A DNA stretch of 53,010 nucleotides, taken from the NCBI GenBank assembly GCA_030059675.1, contig JANVYQ010000010.1:1-53010 (forward strand), written 5' to 3'. The DNA comes from Candidatus Pelearchaeum maunauluense (GTDB lineage: Archaea; Thermoproteota; Nitrososphaeria_A; Caldarchaeales; Caldarchaeaceae). Shown one piece after another: positions 1 to 8,882 of this stretch. The position numbers and the translations under genes were made by a program. Numbering within the stretch: position 1 is the stretch's first letter; every line of letters starts with the position of its first letter. Under the pieces are notes generated by a model. It searched no databases and had not been told where the DNA came from. It saw nothing but the letters and a program-made list of their open reading frames with translations.

Positions 1-1
1 C

Positions 2-100
2 GCGTCGATGATACTGCGCATAGACGACGTGGTCGCCGCCTCGAAGAAGAAGGAAGAGAAGGGCAAGAAGGGCGAGGAGGAGGAAGTCCCAGAGTCTTAA
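2..100 (+). CDS. ths: Thermosome (group II chaperonin) subunit, C-terminal end, truncated by window edge
   Basis: Manual translation ASMILRIDDVVAASKKKEEKGKKGEEEEVPES*; MILRIDD is the group II chaperonin C-terminal motif; TAA at 98-100. Confidence 0.9.
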   Translation, partial: ASMILRIDDVVAASKKKEEKGKKGEEEEVPES

Positions 101-124
101 AACACCAATAACCGCCCAATAATT

Positions 125-655
125 TTAGCGGCTTTTTCTCGTTATTTTTGAAATCACTCCCTCCAGTTCTAGTAGTTTTTCTTTAATATCCTCCAGTCCG
201 CCGTAGCCGCCTAGCGTGTTGTCACTTCTCACTACGCGGTGGCATGGTATCATTATGATTATTGGGTTTGCTCCAACCGCGTTTCCTACAGCCCTATAGG
301 CCTGCCCCACACCAGCTTCGCGGGCAACCTTAGCATAGCTCCAGACTTCGCCGTATGGAATTTTTGAGACAACAGACCAGACGCGGCGTTGAAACTCGGT
401 ACCCCGCGGCTCTAGCGGGACGCTAAACCACCTACGCCCACCCGCAAGATACTCAACCAGCTGCAAACCCGCCTCGCGTGTCGTGTCATTACCCCCCATC
501 TGGGGCTTATAGCCAAGCATCGTAAGCCGCCTCACGACGCTGCTCCTAGAAGAAAGACTTACGCGTAAAATCGCATCATCACTAGCTACTATGGTTAGCC
601 GCCCAATACGCGTCTCTATATCCTCTATGAAGACCTGTTCCTCATGAGCAGGCAT
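125..655 (-). CDS. ogt: Methylated-DNA--protein-cysteine methyltransferase
   Basis: IPCHRV active site, GTEFQRRVW, RAVGNAVGANP. Confidence 0.95.
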   Translation of the reverse strand: MPAHEEQVFIEDIETRIGRLTIVASDDAILRVSLSSRSSVVRRLTMLGYKPQMGGNDTTREAGLQLVEYLAGGRRWFSVPLEPRGTEFQRRVWSVVSKIPYGEVWSYAKVAREAGVGQAYRAVGNAVGANPIIIMIPCHRVVRSDNTLGGYGGLEDIKEKLLELEGVISKITRKSR

Positions 656-714
656 CTCATCATCAACGGTCTAGCATGACTTATAGACCCTCCCTCTTTT
701 TCAGGATGAGAGAG

Positions 715-805
715 GGCCGCGGGCGGGATTCGAACCCGCGCGGCAGGGTTTCTGCCAGCTATCGTCCACAGCCCTGAAGGCTAACCGGGCTACCTCACCG
801 CGGCC
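715..805 (-). tRNA. tRNA-His(GUG) with a 16-nt intron at 37/38 and encoded G-1
   Basis: Reverse complement G-GCCGCGG...CAGGG CT GTG G [ACGATAGCTGGCAGAA] A CCCTG...GCGGG TTCGAAT CCCGC CCGCGGC C; BHB central helix CUGU/GCAG. Confidence 0.93.
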
Positions 806-847
806 ACTATCCCTGCCTCCCCATTCTCCTAGACATCTGGCCTAAAT

Positions 848-1681
848 TTATGCATGCGCCGCGAAGGTCTCTTCTATGACTCGTATTTGTTTGAGGCTTA
901 GCCTCGCCACCCACCGTTGGAGTATTGAGTCATCTAGGGGTGAGAGCTCTACTGCGCGTGTCGCCTCGCGTTTGGATAGTCCCTTGACCTGTTGTAGGGT
1001 GTTTCTGAGGGCGTTTCTCGTCTTCTTGTCTGTTTGGCGTAGAAATGAGAGCATGAAACGGCTGGTGTAGCTGGGGCTGGCTGGCTTTAGGGCAACGATG
1101 ACAGCGTCGTGCTCCGTCTCTGGGTAGAAGTGGTAGCGCCTAACACGTTCATGCAAGACCACATCGTAGGCTAGCCGCACTTTGTATGTTAGGAGTGTTT
1201 CTTCCTGTGATCCTGGCTTAGCGGTGAGCCTCCTAGCCAAAGGTTCGGGAAACAGGAGCGAAGCCCCTGCCACGCCACGCCGTATGAGGCGGTTAAGCAG
1301 AGCCTCAGCTAGGCTATACGGCGGGTTTGAGACCAGCTTGCTAAAGTGGGGAAGCTGGGCCTTCAGGAAGTCTGCGCTAATCACTACAACATTATCACAG
1401 GTGGCCACGTTCTCCCTCAGTATGGGTATCAGCCGCCTATCCTTCTCCAGCGCCAGAACCTTCCCAGCCCTCCTAGACGCTGCTAGCGTGATATTCCCAT
1501 GACCAGCACCCAAGTCCAGCACCACATCACTCCTCCCCACATCCGCAACCTCAACCAAGCGGCTAGCCACATCACTGCTTAGCAGGAAGTGCTGGTCAAG
1601 CAAGGGGTTAGGGACAAAACCATGCTTAGCGAAGATTTTTCTGAGCCTCTCCCTCTCATCGTCTAATCCGGCCAGCTCCAT
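848..1681 (-). CDS. ksgA: 16S rRNA adenine dimethyltransferase (KsgA/Dim1)
   Basis: LDQHFL, DLGAGHG SAM-binding motif, LEKD, VSNPPY. Confidence 0.88.
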   Translation of the reverse strand: MELAGLDDERERLRKIFAKHGFVPNPLLDQHFLLSSDVASRLVEVADVGRSDVVLDLGAGHGNITLAASRRAGKVLALEKDRRLIPILRENVATCDNVVVISADFLKAQLPHFSKLVSNPPYSLAEALLNRLIRRGVAGASLLFPEPLARRLTAKPGSQEETLLTYKVRLAYDVVLHERVRRYHFYPETEHDAVIVALKPASPSYTSRFMLSFLRQTDKKTRNALRNTLQQVKGLSKREATRAVELSPLDDSILQRWVARLSLKQIRVIEETFAAHA

Positions 1682-2007
1682 GACTTGTATAGAGTATATG
1701 CGTTCCCCCTTTTGAAGAACTTGTGCTTATGGTCGCGCCAGTCTAGCTTGGCTGCCTCATCTGGTATAGGCCGGGCCTTGCCTGAGCCGGTCTCAACTAT
1801 ACGTAGCGCCACCACGTCGCCCAGCCTTGAGCCATAACGAGCCCTGTCTGGGTGTCTCTCCATACATTTCAAGACCGCGAAGAGCCCCAGCTTAAGCCCC
1901 TCATCATAGCTGCTCACTACACCTGAGTGGTTGAGAACAGCGTCGTATGGCCGCCAGCCCTCTCCCTGAAGGAAAAGCTCCACCCTGTAAAGCTTCTCCG
2001 CACCCAA
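1663..2007 (-). CDS. Hypothetical protein (114 aa)
   Basis: Protein-like composition, aromatic-rich C-terminus (YKSWSWPD), overlaps the ksgA start on the same strand. Confidence 0.7.
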   Translation of the reverse strand: MGAEKLYRVELFLQGEGWRPYDAVLNHSGVVSSYDEGLKLGLFAVLKCMERHPDRARYGSRLGDVVALRIVETGSGKARPIPDEAAKLDWRDHKHKFFKRGNAYTLYKSWSWPD

Positions 2008-2072
2008 GCCGCGGCCTCTGGCTGGATAGCGGTATATAACCCACTATTTGGGACAAAAAATCTTGAAGAGAG

Positions 2073-2600
2073 ATGAGGGTTGGTAGGACGGATATAGAGC
2101 TGGTCAAGGGCGACATAACCGAGCTTGAGGTTGATGCAATAGTTAACGCCGCCAACTCCAGCCTGAAGATGGGCGGCGGGGTGGCTGGGGCGATACTGAG
2201 GAAGGGCGGGAAGAGCATTCAGGAAGAGTGCGACAGGATAGGATACTGCCCTGTGGGCGGTGCGGTAATAACGGGAGGCGGGAAACTAAAAGCGAAACAC
2301 GTGATACACGCTGTCGGCCCGCGGATGGGAGAGGGAGACGAAGATAGAAAACTACGGAACGCCACACTCAACTCATTAAAACTAGCAGACAAGCATAGCT
2401 TAAAGTCAATAGCCTTCCCAGCAATCTCAACAGGAATCTTCGGCTACCCAAAAGATAAATGCGCCAACATAATGCTCACAACAACAATCGAATACATAAA
2501 GACGCAGGGAACAGGCCTTAGAAAGATAATCTTCTGCCTATACGACAACGAGACCTACAAAATATTCCAAGAAACCCTCAACAGACTGGAGAAACAATAG
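2073..2600 (+). CDS. Macro domain protein (O-acetyl-ADP-ribose deacetylase/ADP-ribosylhydrolase, MacroD type)
   Basis: GDIT, AIVNAAN, GGGVAGAI, VIHAVGP, FPAISTGIFGYP. Confidence 0.95.
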   Translation: MRVGRTDIELVKGDITELEVDAIVNAANSSLKMGGGVAGAILRKGGKSIQEECDRIGYCPVGGAVITGGGKLKAKHVIHAVGPRMGEGDEDRKLRNATLNSLKLADKHSLKSIAFPAISTGIFGYPKDKCANIMLTTTIEYIKTQGTGLRKIIFCLYDNETYKIFQETLNRLEKQ

Positions 2601-2660
2601 CCAAACCACACATGCGAGGAGAAAGATATAAGACGCCGCTCATAAAAACTGATACTCGGT

Positions 2661-2784
2661 GCCGGGGTAACCCAGACTGGTTATCTGACAAAGCTGGTCA
2701 GACCGGAGAGGGTGCCAGGCTCATAACCTGGATGTCGAGGGTTCGAGACGGCTCCCTCGCGCCGCGAAACTCCCTCCCCCGGCA
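2661..2784 (+). tRNA. Elongator tRNA-Met(CAU) with two non-canonical introns (2683-2708 at 20a/21; 2748-2770 at 59/60)
   Basis: Acceptor GCCGGGG/CCCCGGC, anticodon arm CCAGG CT CAT AA CCTGG, T stem GAGGG/CCCTC; removing two BHB-flanked inserts restores D-loop AGACUGGUUA and T-loop UUCGAGU. Confidence 0.9.
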
Positions 2785-2877
2785 CCTATCTTCCCCTGCT
2801 AATTTCAGAATTTTTCCATCCTTTGTATGTGGTGGCTTCATGTCCCCCTGTTTTCGAGCTAACATTAGTGGAACTCA

Positions 2878-3110
2878 CTATATCTGTAGAAGAATTCTTC
2901 TGTAGGTCTTGGCTCTTATATCTTGGTCCCTCCATAAGGCCATGCCTCTGGCAAAATACTTGTAAAGTTCTTCATAATCTCTACAAAATATAACTTCATG
3001 ATTCTTTATGACCTCTACTTTCATGTAAAGCGGAAGTTCCTCAAATAACCATATATCATATCCGGGTTTCCAGGATTTGGAGAAGATTGTTAGAAGCAGT
3101 TCTATTGATT
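2878..3110 (-). pseudogene. C-terminal remnant of an archaeal minimal nucleotidyltransferase (MNT)-like gene
   Basis: Manual translation GYDIWLFEELPLYMKVEVIKNHEVIFCRDYEELYKYF...RRILLQI*; no start codon and no N-terminal GS/DxD half; AT-rich; upstream boundary approximate. Confidence 0.6.
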
Positions 3111-3264
3111 TTAAAGATATCTCATGAGATAGCGTATTATATGCATGGACTATCCTGTTTCTTTAACCGCTTGCTTCCCTTAAAGTATTGAATACCTCAT
3201 GAGTTTGGAGAATAAAGTAAAAGTTCAATTATCGCGTTCCGATTAATGGGGTTGGTGTGGTTGT

Positions 3265-4290
3265 TTGAGGGCAGTAGTGTTGGAGGAGCAGGGGCCGCCT
3301 GAGGTTTTGAGGCTAAAGGATGTTGCTGACCCAAGCCCTGCTGCTGATGATGAGGTAGTGATACGGGTAAAGGCGGCTGGGCTGAACAGGATAGATATCT
3401 GGATAAGGAGCGGTTTGTATAAGCTTGAGCTGCCACGTATAATCGGTGTTGATATGGCTGGTGTTGTGGAGAAGGTGGGCTCTAGGGTATCCAACGTGAA
3501 TGTTGGTGATAGGGTGGTGGTTGACCCAGCGTTGTATGATGATGAGTGTAGGTTCTGTAAGCGTGGGTGGACAGCCATGTGTGAGAAGCATAGAATGGTC
3601 GGCTTCCACGTTGATGGGGGATATGCTGAGCTGGTTAGGGTTCCAGCCCGTAATGTCTATCATATCCCCAGCGGAGTGGGCTTTGAGGAAGCTGCGGCTA
3701 TTCCAGTGAATTTCCTCACCGTTTGGCATAACCTGTTCGTGAGAGCGAGGGTTGAGGCTGGTGATTATGTCCTCGTGGTTGGTGCTGGGAGCGGTATCGG
3801 GTATGCTGCCATACAGCTAGCCAAGCTGGCTGGGGCTACCGTCATAACCACGGTGGGCGACGAATGGAAGGCGAGCAAGGCGCGCGAGCTTGGAGCGGAT
3901 TATGTGATAAACAGAAAGAAGGAGAACGTGGCTGAGCGTGTTAATGAGATAACCAACGGCCGTGGCGTGGATTTGGTGTTTGAACACGCTGGACAGGCCA
4001 TGTGGGACGCGGCCGTTAAGAGCCTAAGGCCTGGCGGGACTATGGTCTTCTGCGGCGCAACGACAGGGGATACTACGCAGATTAACATCAGGCTACTGTA
4101 CAGAAAGCAGCTGAACTTGCATGGAGCTTATGCGTGGAATAGAGACGCTATGGAGAAGGTTCTCCAGCTCTTCGCAGAGCGTAAGCTAAAAGCTGTTGTG
4201 GATAGCGTCATGCCCTTGGAGGATGCTGTAAAGGCTCATAAAAGGATGGAGAATAGCGAGCATTTTGGAAAGATAATCCTGAGGCCTTGA
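3265..4290 (+). CDS. MDR-family oxidoreductase (quinone reductase/zinc-binding dehydrogenase type)
   Basis: GPPEVL, GLNRID, CRFC..C loop, GAGSGIG nucleotide-binding motif, HFGKIIL. Confidence 0.92.
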   Translation: MRAVVLEEQGPPEVLRLKDVADPSPAADDEVVIRVKAAGLNRIDIWIRSGLYKLELPRIIGVDMAGVVEKVGSRVSNVNVGDRVVVDPALYDDECRFCKRGWTAMCEKHRMVGFHVDGGYAELVRVPARNVYHIPSGVGFEEAAAIPVNFLTVWHNLFVRARVEAGDYVLVVGAGSGIGYAAIQLAKLAGATVITTVGDEWKASKARELGADYVINRKKENVAERVNEITNGRGVDLVFEHAGQAMWDAAVKSLRPGGTMVFCGATTGDTTQINIRLLYRKQLNLHGAYAWNRDAMEKVLQLFAERKLKAVVDSVMPLEDAVKAHKRMENSEHFGKIILRP

Positions 4291-5138
4291 GCTTCCCAGC
4301 AAAATTCCAAGAATACACAACGCGCATAGCTGGTGAGAAGCGTCTAGGCTCCTCAGCCTTAGCAGAGCTGGCGCTGAACGCATTAGCAGCCCTAGCAGAC
4401 GAGACAGATATGCATATTCTATTGGAGAGGGCTGTAGGGCTAGTCAGGAACCTTAGGCCGAGCATGCCCCTTATAGGGCGTGTAGCAGAAGAGGCGCTCT
4501 ATAGGTATCAAGAACTGGTAGAGAAAGCTGGAGACGCTGACTATGGGAGGATATTGTTGCGGGCTGTGGATGAGGTTAGGCGTGAGTATCACCTGATGGT
4601 TGAACAGATTGTGGAGAATGCGCAGAAGCTTATCGCTGATAAACGCCGTGTAGCTACGATAAGCTACAGCGGTACTGTTAAGCAGGTTTTGACATCCCCC
4701 AAATGGTCTGGGAGTGTGGTTATACTAGAGTCTAGGCCCATGCGGGAGGGGTTTATGCTGGCAGAAGAGTTGAGCAGCGTTAGGAGGGTTGAGGTCATGG
4801 TTGACGCTGCCATGTCATATGCCGTGGCGGACGCGGACGCCATCCTAGTAGGGGCTGACGCGGTCTTTAGGAAAGGCGGGTTCATCGGGAAAATCGGCTG
4901 CTACCCACTATGCACGCTGGCACAAAAGGCAGGAAAGCCGGTCTACGTTCTCGCAGATACGTGGAAATTCTCGGACAGGCTAGATATTGCCCTTGAGGAG
5001 GGAGACCCAGAAGAAGTGTGGCCTGAAGCTGGAAGCAGCATTAAGATACGAAATCCCTACTTTGAGGTAACGCCGCATGAGCTTGTTACCGCGTATGTAA
5101 CCGAGCATGGTGTGGTTGGCTCAGATAGCCTTGTATAG
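4287..5138 (+). CDS. eIF2B alpha/beta/delta-like (IF-2B family) protein
   Basis: RPSM, ESRPMREG, VGADAV, KIG, NPYFEVTP. Confidence 0.88.
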   Translation: MSFPAKFQEYTTRIAGEKRLGSSALAELALNALAALADETDMHILLERAVGLVRNLRPSMPLIGRVAEEALYRYQELVEKAGDADYGRILLRAVDEVRREYHLMVEQIVENAQKLIADKRRVATISYSGTVKQVLTSPKWSGSVVILESRPMREGFMLAEELSSVRRVEVMVDAAMSYAVADADAILVGADAVFRKGGFIGKIGCYPLCTLAQKAGKPVYVLADTWKFSDRLDIALEEGDPEEVWPEAGSSIKIRNPYFEVTPHELVTAYVTEHGVVGSDSLV

Positions 5139-5163
5139 AGGTGGCGAGGCGGCGAGAAGAGAG

Positions 5164-5817
5164 ATGAAGCCCAGTTACATTGTTCATGAAGTTGGTATGC
5201 TGATGAGCAATTCCTACGTGGTATATGATCCAGATACCCTTGATGCTGTTTTGATAGACGCTGGCGATGATGCTTGGAAGATTCTTGACACTATTCAGAG
5301 TAAGCGTCTTAAGGTGTCCGCCATCTACGCAACCCACTGCCATTTTGACCATGTTATGGCGGTTAACGACCTGCGCGATGCTCTTGGCTGTAAGTTCTAC
5401 ATCCACCGCGCAGATGAGGAGATACTGAGGAACATGAAGGCAGATACCCGCCGTTTCTTGGGTATTGAGGTGACAGACCCGCCAAGCCCAGATGGATACA
5501 TAGATGAGGGAGACAGCATAACCATAGGCCGTTGCGGTCTCCGTGTTATACATACCCCAGGCCACTCGCCTGGAAGCGTATGCTATGTCGGGGAGGGAAT
5601 AGTATTCACAGGCGACACGCTCTTCAGGGCATCTATAGGCAGGACAGACGGGCCCGGGGGAGATACGGAGAAGATAGTCTCATCAATAGTGGGCAAGCTC
5701 TTTACCTTGCCCGACGATACTGTGGCTCTCCCTGGTCATGGGCCGCCTACGACGATAGGTGAGGAGAGGCTCAGCAACCCGTTTGTGGGTGAGCGGGGTA
5801 TGCTGAGACGGTCATGA
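5164..5817 (+). CDS. MBL-fold metallo-hydrolase (glyoxalase II/YcbL-like)
   Basis: THCHFDH, TPGHSPGS, FTGDTLF, PGHG; start placed at ATG 5164. Confidence 0.93.
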   Translation: MKPSYIVHEVGMLMSNSYVVYDPDTLDAVLIDAGDDAWKILDTIQSKRLKVSAIYATHCHFDHVMAVNDLRDALGCKFYIHRADEEILRNMKADTRRFLGIEVTDPPSPDGYIDEGDSITIGRCGLRVIHTPGHSPGSVCYVGEGIVFTGDTLFRASIGRTDGPGGDTEKIVSSIVGKLFTLPDDTVALPGHGPPTTIGEERLSNPFVGERGMLRRS

Positions 5818-6536
5818 AGAGATGGCGCTCGCTCAAAAGCCTTAACGAGACGATAATCAGATGTAGGCTATGCCCGCGCTTAGTGAGGCATAGAGAGTGG
5901 GTAGCCGCCAATAGGCCGCGGAGATACTCCAACGAGAGATACTGGGCCAAGCCCCTTCCAGGATTTGGAGACGCCAAGGCTAGGCTGCTCATTCTAGGCC
6001 TAGCCCCAGCGGCGCATGGGGGGAATAGGACGGGGAGGATGTTCACGGGTGATAGTGCTGGGAATACTCTGATGAGGGCTCTTTATGAGGCTGGGTTTGC
6101 CAACAAGCCGTTAAGCGAGAGGCGTGATGATGGGCTTGAGCTCCGCGATGCCTACATAACCGCCACTATACGGTGCCCGCCTCCAGATAATAAGCCGACA
6201 CAAGAAGAGATGCGTCGATGCGAGCCCTATCTCATAGCTGAGCTGACCCTCCTAGAACGGGTAAAGGTGGTTGTTGCGCTTGGGCGTATAGCGTTTGAGA
6301 CCTACCTAAGGATACTACGCGAATATGGTGATGGTGTGAGATATGCTGGGAAGCCTGTTTTTGCGCACGGGGCTTGCTACGCTTTTGGAGGCCATCTCTT
6401 CGGGAAACCTACACCCTCGCTCATAGCTTCGTACCATCCGAGTAGGCAGAACACGCAGACAGGTAGGCTAACTCCACAGATGTTGAGCCAGGTCTTCATC
6501 AAGGCCCGCGAGCTGATTACGCGGTCTCCCTCCTAG
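5814..6536 (+). CDS. udgB: Uracil-DNA glycosylase family 5
   Basis: CRLCPRL Fe-S cysteines, GLAPAAHGGNRTGRMFTGD, YHPSRQNT. Confidence 0.93.
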   Translation: MKRWRSLKSLNETIIRCRLCPRLVRHREWVAANRPRRYSNERYWAKPLPGFGDAKARLLILGLAPAAHGGNRTGRMFTGDSAGNTLMRALYEAGFANKPLSERRDDGLELRDAYITATIRCPPPDNKPTQEEMRRCEPYLIAELTLLERVKVVVALGRIAFETYLRILREYGDGVRYAGKPVFAHGACYAFGGHLFGKPTPSLIASYHPSRQNTQTGRLTPQMLSQVFIKARELITRSPS

Positions 6537-7647
6537 AGCTTGCGAGGAGCGCTCCAGCGCCGCTCGCCGATACCAGGGAGGCCATCATGAATACCGAGGA
6601 TAGCCCAAAAGTGTCTGATACTATCGCTGAGCCAAAGCTGCCAGCGGTGCTCCCAACATCCATACTCGTCATATACGCCAGGCCCATCGTTCTCTGCTCT
6701 GCTGGCACTATGTTCGCGACATAGAAGACGCTTGAGGGTATGAAAAGTCCTTGGGCTAGGCCGTATAAGGCTGCTGCTATCCATGCGAGGGCTGGGTTGG
6801 CGACGCTCAAGAGAGCGCCGCTGACGCTCATCATAGCCAGCGAGAGGACAGCAACATGCGCGGCCCCTATCCTGCCTATCATATGCCCAGACACTAGGTG
6901 GCCAACAACGTTGGCAGCGCCCGTGATCATGAAGAGAAGACCCACCTCCCACTCGCTGAACTTCATACTCGCCACCGCGAGTAGCGGTAGGAATGCTAGG
7001 AAAGCCCCTGCCGAGAAGCTGAGAACAAAGCGTCCAAACATCATGTAAGCCATGCGTCGGCTCAGTATTGGTTTCTGTGATGATTGGATAGGGTTGTTAT
7101 CGCCCTTCTTCCTTGCCAGCATTTGGAACGCGCCGAGCAGCGATACTACTGCTCCTGTTATGAATAGGAGCTTGTAGCTTCCCGCAGATATTAGGGAGAC
7201 GCCGATTAGGGGGCCTATAGTCATCCCTATCGGTGGTGCCGTCAGGACGTATCCCACCGTCTTCGGCTGGCTAACTTCACCTTCCTCGGTCTCCACCGAG
7301 AGGGTTAGTGCGGAGGGATGGAATATCCCAAACCCCAATCCTCTTAGGAAGCTCCCAAGAATAAGAACCAACGGGCTTGTAGCAACTGCGTAGGTAATCA
7401 TACCAGTAGCGGTTAGCACCAGCCCGCTTCCAATCATCAACTCCTCACCAACCTTACCCGCTAGCCGCGCCGCTGGAATTCTACTCACTAAAGTCGTGAA
7501 TGTAGCTACCGCGTATATCACGCCGACCATTATGAGGTCTGCACCCAGCGTCTGCGCGTATATGCTCAGATAAGGCGAGACCATGAATGTGGATAGAGTG
7601 AATGAGAGGAACGTTAGCCAGGTCAAGACAAATCTGCTGCCGATCAC
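6517..7647 (-). CDS. MFS transporter
   Basis: About 12 hydrophobic segments, MFS-like loops, GPLIG. Confidence 0.88.
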   Translation of the reverse strand: MIGSRFVLTWLTFLSFTLSTFMVSPYLSIYAQTLGADLIMVGVIYAVATFTTLVSRIPAARLAGKVGEELMIGSGLVLTATGMITYAVATSPLVLILGSFLRGLGFGIFHPSALTLSVETEEGEVSQPKTVGYVLTAPPIGMTIGPLIGVSLISAGSYKLLFITGAVVSLLGAFQMLARKKGDNNPIQSSQKPILSRRMAYMMFGRFVLSFSAGAFLAFLPLLAVASMKFSEWEVGLLFMITGAANVVGHLVSGHMIGRIGAAHVAVLSLAMMSVSGALLSVANPALAWIAAALYGLAQGLFIPSSVFYVANIVPAEQRTMGLAYMTSMDVGSTAGSFGSAIVSDTFGLSSVFMMASLVSASGAGALLASSRRETA

Positions 7648-7722
7648 GGTCTTCGAACGCCCCGCCTCTGAGCATTTGTAAAGAGTCTGCTTAATTACCG
7701 ACGCTTTAGCGAGGCTTTAAAT

Positions 7723-8826
7723 GTGAAAGAGGAGGTCTACTGCTATCTCTGCGGCGAGCCGCGTGGAGATGTTGTGGATTGGCGCTGCCACTCCTGCGGC
7801 GGCCCCCTCACACTCCAACACGAAAATACCTTCTCAATACAACGTATAGTAACTACCCGTTTTAGTATGTGGAGATATGCTCACGCATTAGCGCCCTCAA
7901 TTGTGCGCGAGCCTGTTAGCCTGGGTGAGGGATGCACGCCGCTTGTGAATGCGGTAAAGAGCAATATTTGGATGAAGTTGGAGTATGTTATGCCTACTTT
8001 ATCCTTCAAGGATAGGGGCTCGGCCGCGCTTATGAGTTATGTCCGTTCTTTCGCTGGTAGTAGGAACATCAGAGGCGTGTCAGAGGATTCTTCTGGTAAT
8101 GCTGGAGCCTCAATAGCAGCTTATGCATCGTACGCTGGTCTGGAGTGCAGGATATTCGCGCCCACCACCATCTCGGAGCACAAGGAGCGCCAAATACAGG
8201 CGTTGGGAGCTAGGCTGGAGAAGCTCTCAGGAAGCAGGGAGCTAATCACCCAAGCAGCCGCGAGCGCGGATAGTGGATTCATCTACGTAGGCCACGCGTG
8301 GAACCCCTACTTCATAGAAGGGATTAAGACCCTGGCATACGAGCTGGCCGAGCAGTTTAGATGGAACAGCCCCGACGTAATATACGTCCCAGTGTCGGCA
8401 GGTACTATACTCCTGGGAGTAATCTATGGCTTCAAACATCTCCTTGAGTCTGGAGCTATTGAGCGGATGCCCACGATAGTTGCTGTCCAGCCCAGAAGCA
8501 TGTCTCCCCTCTACTATGAGCTGCGCGGAGAGAAGTACGACCCGTCCCAGTTTAGGGTTGGTGTGGCTGACGCGCTCACAGTAGCTGAGCCGCCGCGCCT
8601 GTCTGAGATGGTGAGAGAACTCACAATCATACGCGGAGATGTTAGGATTGTCTCAGACGAGGAGATACTAAGAGCCCACCGCGAGCTTGGTCTTATGGGC
8701 TTCCACGTGGAGCCGTCATCAGCGGTAGGATATGCCGCGCTCAGACGCGAGATAGACGAGATTATATCATCAGAGAAGGAGGCTGTAGTGATATTAACGG
8801 GCGCAGGCCTAAAGACGCCGCGATAG
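7723..8826 (+). CDS. Threonine synthase-like PLP-dependent enzyme
   Basis: N-terminal Zn ribbon, SLGEGCTPL, SFKDRG (PLP lysine), EDSSGNAG, LTGAGLK. Confidence 0.88.
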   Translation: MKEEVYCYLCGEPRGDVVDWRCHSCGGPLTLQHENTFSIQRIVTTRFSMWRYAHALAPSIVREPVSLGEGCTPLVNAVKSNIWMKLEYVMPTLSFKDRGSAALMSYVRSFAGSRNIRGVSEDSSGNAGASIAAYASYAGLECRIFAPTTISEHKERQIQALGARLEKLSGSRELITQAAASADSGFIYVGHAWNPYFIEGIKTLAYELAEQFRWNSPDVIYVPVSAGTILLGVIYGFKHLLESGAIERMPTIVAVQPRSMSPLYYELRGEKYDPSQFRVGVADALTVAEPPRLSEMVRELTIIRGDVRIVSDEEILRAHRELGLMGFHVEPSSAVGYAALRREIDEIISSEKEAVVILTGAGLKTPR

Positions 8827-8882
8827 CCCTATATAGTATATCAAGCCGTTGAGATTATGGTAAGCAAGGTTCTTGGGCTGTC

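Noticed and set aside
657-705. TGATGA and CTGA on the minus strand upstream of ogt as a third C/D RNA
   Set aside because: The boxes are in the wrong order (D before C), and the segment is better explained as the tRNA trailer plus the ogt promoter
2612-2905. 97-aa ORF in the ORF track
   Set aside because: It overlies the intron-containing tRNA-Met and has no protein-like motifs
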